Part shown: positions 60,020 to 64,000 of the stretch, in pieces | How the letters are laid out: each line of letters opens with the position of its first letter | Position numbering within the stretch: position 1 is the first letter of the stretch | Source of the DNA: Alphaproteobacteria bacterium | Lineage (GTDB): Bacteria > Pseudomonadota > Alphaproteobacteria > G965222575 | DNA: 64,000 bases | Assembly: GCA_965222575.1 (NCBI GenBank) | Contig: OZ244958.1 | Span: 960,001-1,024,000 of the forward strand | Reading direction: 5' to 3' | Program-made: the position numbers and the translations under genes | The notes under the pieces: generated by a model | Database searches by the model: none | What the model was told of the DNA's origin: nothing | What the model saw: only the letters and a program-made list of their open reading frames with translations

Positions 60020-60489
60020 GGCATCTGTTTTAGGACAAGGTCTTGGGTTTGTGTTAAGGGCAAAAGAGAGGTGAGGTGTTGTCCTTGCGGTGATTGTATG
60101 GTAATGAGCTGAAAGGGCCCCCATCCTTTAGAAGGGTTGAGGGGTATGTTGCTGACACTGAGATTTTCAATGGTGATTTTTGTTTGCTGAGCAGCAGTAG
60201 CAGTGGTGAGGTATATTTGACCCTCTTTTTCATAAAGAGAAGACTCTTTGAGAGAAGCGGTGAGCAGTCCACGTTGATTGAGGAGTTGATGAGACTGTAT
60301 TGCAAGGTCTCTGTAGGTGTGGGTGAGGGTTAAGAAGAGGTATGTTTGCTTTATGATAAGAGGGGCGGAGAGACTGAGAATGAAGAGTGCTATCAACACT
60401 TCTAGTAGACTAAAAGCAGGAAGAATAGGCGTCTTATTTTTCTCTTTCCAAGAGTTTTTTGATGAGAAAAATGGCATCTTCGACATCAA
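60016..60489 (-). CDS. Prepilin-type N-terminal (pseudopilin-like) protein
   Basis: AFSLLEVLIALFILS class III signal motif. Confidence 0.7.
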   Translation of the reverse strand: MMSKMPFFSSKNSWKEKNKTPILPAFSLLEVLIALFILSLSAPLIIKQTYLFLTLTHTYRDLAIQSHQLLNQRGLLTASLKESSLYEKEGQIYLTTATAAQQTKITIENLSVSNIPLNPSKGWGPFQLITIQSPQGQHLTSLLPLTQTQDLVLKQMP

Positions 60490-61192
60490 TGCGGTTGTTG
60501 TTGTTAAGGTCGTAGGATTTTTTGTAATTGCGGTTTCTGAGGGCTTTTTTAAGCTGGATTAAATCCTCGTCATTGACATTGCCATCCTGATTAATATCAT
60601 AAGTATTGGTTGAATCGCTTGAATCGGGCTCACTGTTATTATTGTTAGTGTCCTGTACCTCTTCCTCTATGAGTGAATGAGGCGTGTTTGCAATGCGTCC
60701 TGTTAAGATGGTGGGCTCTAAAGTAAAAGAAGGAGCATTTTCGCTTGTGTATTGGACGCCATTAAAGGGAAGTTCTAGGGGAAAGTTTGTTTCTTCATCC
60801 AAGATTTTGTAAGTGCTTTGAGAGGTTTTTAAAAAGAAGAGCAGTTTCTGTTCGTTATTGTTGTCGCGTGTGACTGTTAGGAAGAAGACTCCGAGTTGAT
60901 TGTCAAAGATGGTCTGGGCAATGGGGGTGGAGGGGTCTGTTTGAAGTGAGATGAAGAGGGTATCTCCTTCTTGAGCGGCGATGTTGGATGGTTCTGAGTT
61001 TTCCACCTCCCCGAGGATGGACATTTGATATACAGCGTTTGCTTTTGGTAGCAGGACAATGATAAGTGTGCTACAAAAAACGATTGTACAGGCTTTATGG
61101 AATTTCATGGCTTGAAGTATAGGGAATAAAAGAACAAAAAGCAATGGAAAATACGGCTTTGATTGACAGGAGAGCCTTTGTATTGTATACAA
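60434..61192 (-). CDS. Secreted protein with C-terminal dockerin-like double Ca-binding motif
   Basis: Signal-like MKFHKACT...ANA; YDINQDGNVNDEDL...YDLNNNNRIDVEDA. Confidence 0.6.
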   Translation of the reverse strand: MYTIQRLSCQSKPYFPLLFVLLFPILQAMKFHKACTIVFCSTLIIVLLPKANAVYQMSILGEVENSEPSNIAAQEGDTLFISLQTDPSTPIAQTIFDNQLGVFFLTVTRDNNNEQKLLFFLKTSQSTYKILDEETNFPLELPFNGVQYTSENAPSFTLEPTILTGRIANTPHSLIEEEVQDTNNNNSEPDSSDSTNTYDINQDGNVNDEDLIQLKKALRNRNYKKSYDLNNNNRIDVEDAIFLIKKLLEREK

Positions 61193-61258
61193 GTAGAGGG
61201 CGGCTTGCAGTCGTTGGTGGAATAAAATAAAAAATAAAAAATAAAAGATAAGAGAGGA

Positions 61259-61864
61259 GTGGCTATGAAGGGTATATTTTCGTCTTTGCGTAATACGGTC
61301 TTGTTAGGATTTGTATTCGCCTTGTGTTTATTTGCGTTATATTATTATCAGCAATTTGATTCTATGGATTTCACCTTATTTTTTATGAGGTGGCTTCATG
61401 TTCTGTTTGGCATTATGTGGATAGGGCTGTTGTGGTACTTTAATTTTGTTCAGATTCCCAATATGGGCAAGATTCCGGATGAGCAGAAGCCTGCTATTAG
61501 TAAATTTATTGCGCCTACTGCGCTATTTTGGTTTCGCTGGGCGGCGTTATTAACAGTGTTGACGGGACTTCTTTTAGCCCATTTGAGTGGGTATTTAATG
61601 GATTCTCTTTTATTGGGGGGCTATGGAGGCTTTGGGGTACCGAAGAATATGTTTATTGGTATTGGTATGTGGCTTGGTATTGTGATGTTTTTTAATGTCT
61701 GGGTTTTTATCTGGCCTAATCAGAAGAAGGTCTTAGGGATTGTAGAGGCGAGTGCGGAGGAGAAGGTGAAAGCGGTGAAAATTGCGTTTCTGTTTTCGAG
61801 ACTCAATACCGCCTTGTCAATTCCCATGTTATTTTCTATGGTAGCAGCGCAGAATTTGTACTAA
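61259..61864 (+). CDS. Urate hydroxylase PuuD-like membrane protein (N-terminal domain only)
   Basis: RWLHVLFGIMWIGLLWYFNFV, WFRWAA, NVWVFIWPNQKK, SRLNT. Confidence 0.75.
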   Translation: MAMKGIFSSLRNTVLLGFVFALCLFALYYYQQFDSMDFTLFFMRWLHVLFGIMWIGLLWYFNFVQIPNMGKIPDEQKPAISKFIAPTALFWFRWAALLTVLTGLLLAHLSGYLMDSLLLGGYGGFGVPKNMFIGIGMWLGIVMFFNVWVFIWPNQKKVLGIVEASAEEKVKAVKIAFLFSRLNTALSIPMLFSMVAAQNLY

Positions 61865-62382
61865 CTTCCTTTTTTAGGCAGCAAATCGAAGACGATAGCG
61901 GACTTTGTGCGTCGGATAATAGGAGAAGTTTTGACAGTTAAGACGTTGGGTGCTGTTCTTATGTTGTTATCGATGAAGTTATTGAGGTCATCTAGGGAAG
62001 GAGCGATGATACGCAAGAGGAAGTCATTAGAGCCGCTTAAAACATAGCACTCCCGTACAGGCTTCCATGTTTCGATTTTCCTTTCGAAGTCTAAGAGAGT
62101 CTTTTCTGTTTGGTTTGCCATTCCGATGTGTACAAAGGCGCTGACGATGAATCCTAAGGCGGCTTCGTTAAGGTCTGCACGGTATCCTCTGATGAAGCCT
62201 TCATGCTCCAGGAGACGGAGACGTCTGAGGCAAGGTGGGGGTGTTAATCCTAGCTGACGGGACAGTTCCAAGTTTGTGATTCTAGCATTTTTTTGTAGTA
62301 TCTCTAGAATTGTCCAATCGATGTCACTTAATTTTTGGCTTTTTCTCTTTCTAGGAGAAAATGTCGTTTTGTGATTAGACAT
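61861..62382 (-). CDS. lrp: Lrp/AsnC-family transcriptional regulator
   Basis: LSDIDWTILEILQKNARITNLEL...PPCLRRLRLLE..GFIRGY. Confidence 0.9.
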   Translation of the reverse strand: MSNHKTTFSPRKRKSQKLSDIDWTILEILQKNARITNLELSRQLGLTPPPCLRRLRLLEHEGFIRGYRADLNEAALGFIVSAFVHIGMANQTEKTLLDFERKIETWKPVRECYVLSGSNDFLLRIIAPSLDDLNNFIDNNIRTAPNVLTVKTSPIIRRTKSAIVFDLLPKKGS

Positions 62383-62421
62383 GATATTTTGGTGTTTGCG
62401 GGGGGTTAGGGTTATAGTAAT

Positions 62422-62844
62422 GTGGGGGGTATGGTAGCATTGATAGGAGAAATTGTGTATAAAAATATTATAACCAGAGTGTTGTTAAAGGATTTATGTT
62501 TAAGGGTTTGTGTTGGGGTAAGTGAGGAGGAGAGACTCCAAGCCCAAGAGGTTATGGTACATATTGAACTGGAGATACATCGTTTACGAAAAGAGGATGC
62601 TCTTAGGTCCAGTGTGTGTTATGAATCTGTTTTGAAGGCTGTTTTAGCTAGGAGCAGAGGGTTGAAAGTGAAGCTTTTAGAGACTTTAGGAGAGAAGATT
62701 ATGGAGGTGTGTTTTGCTTTTGAGCCTGTTTGTAGCTGTTTAGTGAGGTTGGAAAAAGTTGAGACTCCTTATTCTCCGGTGTGTTTTTGTGTGGAGGTGT
62801 TTGGTCGGAGAAAGAGTGAAAAAGAGGAGGAGGAGGAGGAGTAA
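62422..62844 (+). CDS. folB: Dihydroneopterin aldolase
   Basis: VGVSEEER...Q.V, SVCY, KLLETL, VRLEK. Confidence 0.82.
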   Translation: MGGMVALIGEIVYKNIITRVLLKDLCLRVCVGVSEEERLQAQEVMVHIELEIHRLRKEDALRSSVCYESVLKAVLARSRGLKVKLLETLGEKIMEVCFAFEPVCSCLVRLEKVETPYSPVCFCVEVFGRRKSEKEEEEEE

Positions 62845-62848
62845 TCAG

Positions 62849-63454
62849 ATGCTGAGAGCTGAGAATATGGTGAGTATTGGTATGTCTACTCCTTTTTCCA
62901 TAGAGGTTTTGAGGGGAGATGTTGCGTTAGTGTGTGGTCCTAATGGCAGTGGTAAGACGACGGTGTTGAGGCATCTTTGCGGGTTGTCGCGCTTGAAAGG
63001 GAGTGTGGTGACTTTGTGTGGGGTAGATGTGTTCAGGCAAATGCGCTGTGGTCATATTCTCTATGTTGGTCACAAACAGGGGGTGTATCCGCAGCTGACT
63101 TTTTTGGAGCAACTGCTTTTGTTTTGCGGTCTTCATAAGGGGGTGGTGGGGGGTGAGGATAGGGAGAAGAGTTTGGGTGTTCTTGAACGCATGGGGCTTT
63201 GCGCTTATCAGAGCATTTCAAAGGCCTCTGAGGGGGAAAAAAAGCGGTTGGGACTAGCAAAACTTTTGCTCTTAGAGGCGACGCTTTGGGTATTAGATGA
63301 GCCTTTTTCTTCTTTGGATAAGGCGGGAAGGGTGTTGTTGGGAGAGCTTTTGGAAAGCCATAGAGAGAAGGGGAATATTGGAGTGGTTGCAGAGCATTAT
63401 GTGGAGGAATTTTCTTGGGATAGGCGTTTTGTGTTAGGAGAGGAAAATGTTTAG
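62849..63454 (+). CDS. ccmA: Heme exporter ATP-binding subunit
   Basis: GPNGSGKTT, YVGH, LWVLDEPFSSLD; upstream of ccmB. Confidence 0.85.
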   Translation: MLRAENMVSIGMSTPFSIEVLRGDVALVCGPNGSGKTTVLRHLCGLSRLKGSVVTLCGVDVFRQMRCGHILYVGHKQGVYPQLTFLEQLLLFCGLHKGVVGGEDREKSLGVLERMGLCAYQSISKASEGEKKRLGLAKLLLLEATLWVLDEPFSSLDKAGRVLLGELLESHREKGNIGVVAEHYVEEFSWDRRFVLGEENV

Positions 63455-64000
63455 ATTGCTGATGAAAAAAGAGCTTATCATCTTGTGGCAAGGAGGTGTG
63501 GGGGGGGTATTGCCTTTTTTATTTCTTTTGTTTCTCTTTTTTTTGCTGTCTTTTTCAGTGAGGGATGCTCAGGTTCTGTCAATTGCTGCTCCCGGGTTTG
63601 TTTGGCTTGTGGTGATGAGTTGTACGGTGATTTCTTTGGAAGGCTTGTTTGCGCAAGAAAAAGAGCAAGGAACTTTAGATATTTTGAAGTTTAGTCCTCT
63701 TCCGTGGTCTTTGTTTGTAGGGATAAAAATAGGCTGTTTGTGGGTTGTCTCTTGTGTGCCTGTTATGGTGGCAGTACCGTTGGCGGGATTAGCGTGGTCT
63801 TTGCCTTTTGAGGTTCAGGTGGGGCTATTATTAAGTTTATTGGCAGGCACTCCAGCAGTGGTGGCTCTTGGTGCTGTGTTTGGGGCCTTAGGCTTATGTT
63901 GTGATAGGGGGCGTGGGTTTGTGCCTTTTTTGGTAATGCCTTTGTATATTCCTATAGTGATTTTTGCTCTTCAGGTTGTCCATGCTGTGGTGGCGGGAGA
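63447..64000 (+). CDS. ccmB: Heme exporter permease (3' end outside window)
   Basis: MFRLLMKKEL...APGFVW...LEGLFAQEKEQGTLD; hydrophobic; overlaps the ccmA end. Confidence 0.85.
   Translation, partial: MFRLLMKKELIILWQGGVGGVLPFLFLLFLFFLLSFSVRDAQVLSIAAPGFVWLVVMSCTVISLEGLFAQEKEQGTLDILKFSPLPWSLFVGIKIGCLWVVSCVPVMVAVPLAGLAWSLPFEVQVGLLLSLLAGTPAVVALGAVFGALGLCCDRGRGFVPFLVMPLYIPIVIFALQVVHAVVAG

Overview
Alphaproteobacterial chromosome segment, probably from a host-associated lineage (inferred from carA-carB-greA/lrp/ccmAB content and many paralogous outer-membrane proteins). Positions ~1-33,670 are a decaying prophage next to tRNA-Thr(CGT). Its head module appears deleted and its tape-measure gene is collapsed. 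Even so, it keeps at least three very large, open, tandem collagen-like tail-fibre genes; the two complete ones end in an S74 chaperone domain, and two of the three carry a repeated domain with an R-X-K-R (furin-consensus) loop in all four copies. The prophage also has a ~146-bp non-coding tandem array, an XRE/ImmA-type switch, an intact replication module with a Mu-type HTH fused to the primase-helicase, a Dam-type restriction-modification pair, a Panacea toxin-antitoxin pair and an outer-membrane beta-barrel moron. Positions ~33,750-64,000 are host genes: nrdJ, an MMPL/LolA-like/outer-membrane cluster, nadE, gltX, five tandem beta-barrel paralogues interrupted by a 2.5-kb C-rich modular repeat island, carA (split by a +1 frameshift at CTT-AGG-C), carB, greA, a pseudopilin, a dockerin-like protein, lrp, folB, ccmA and ccmB. 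All family assignments come from motif recognition by eye; no database searches were run.
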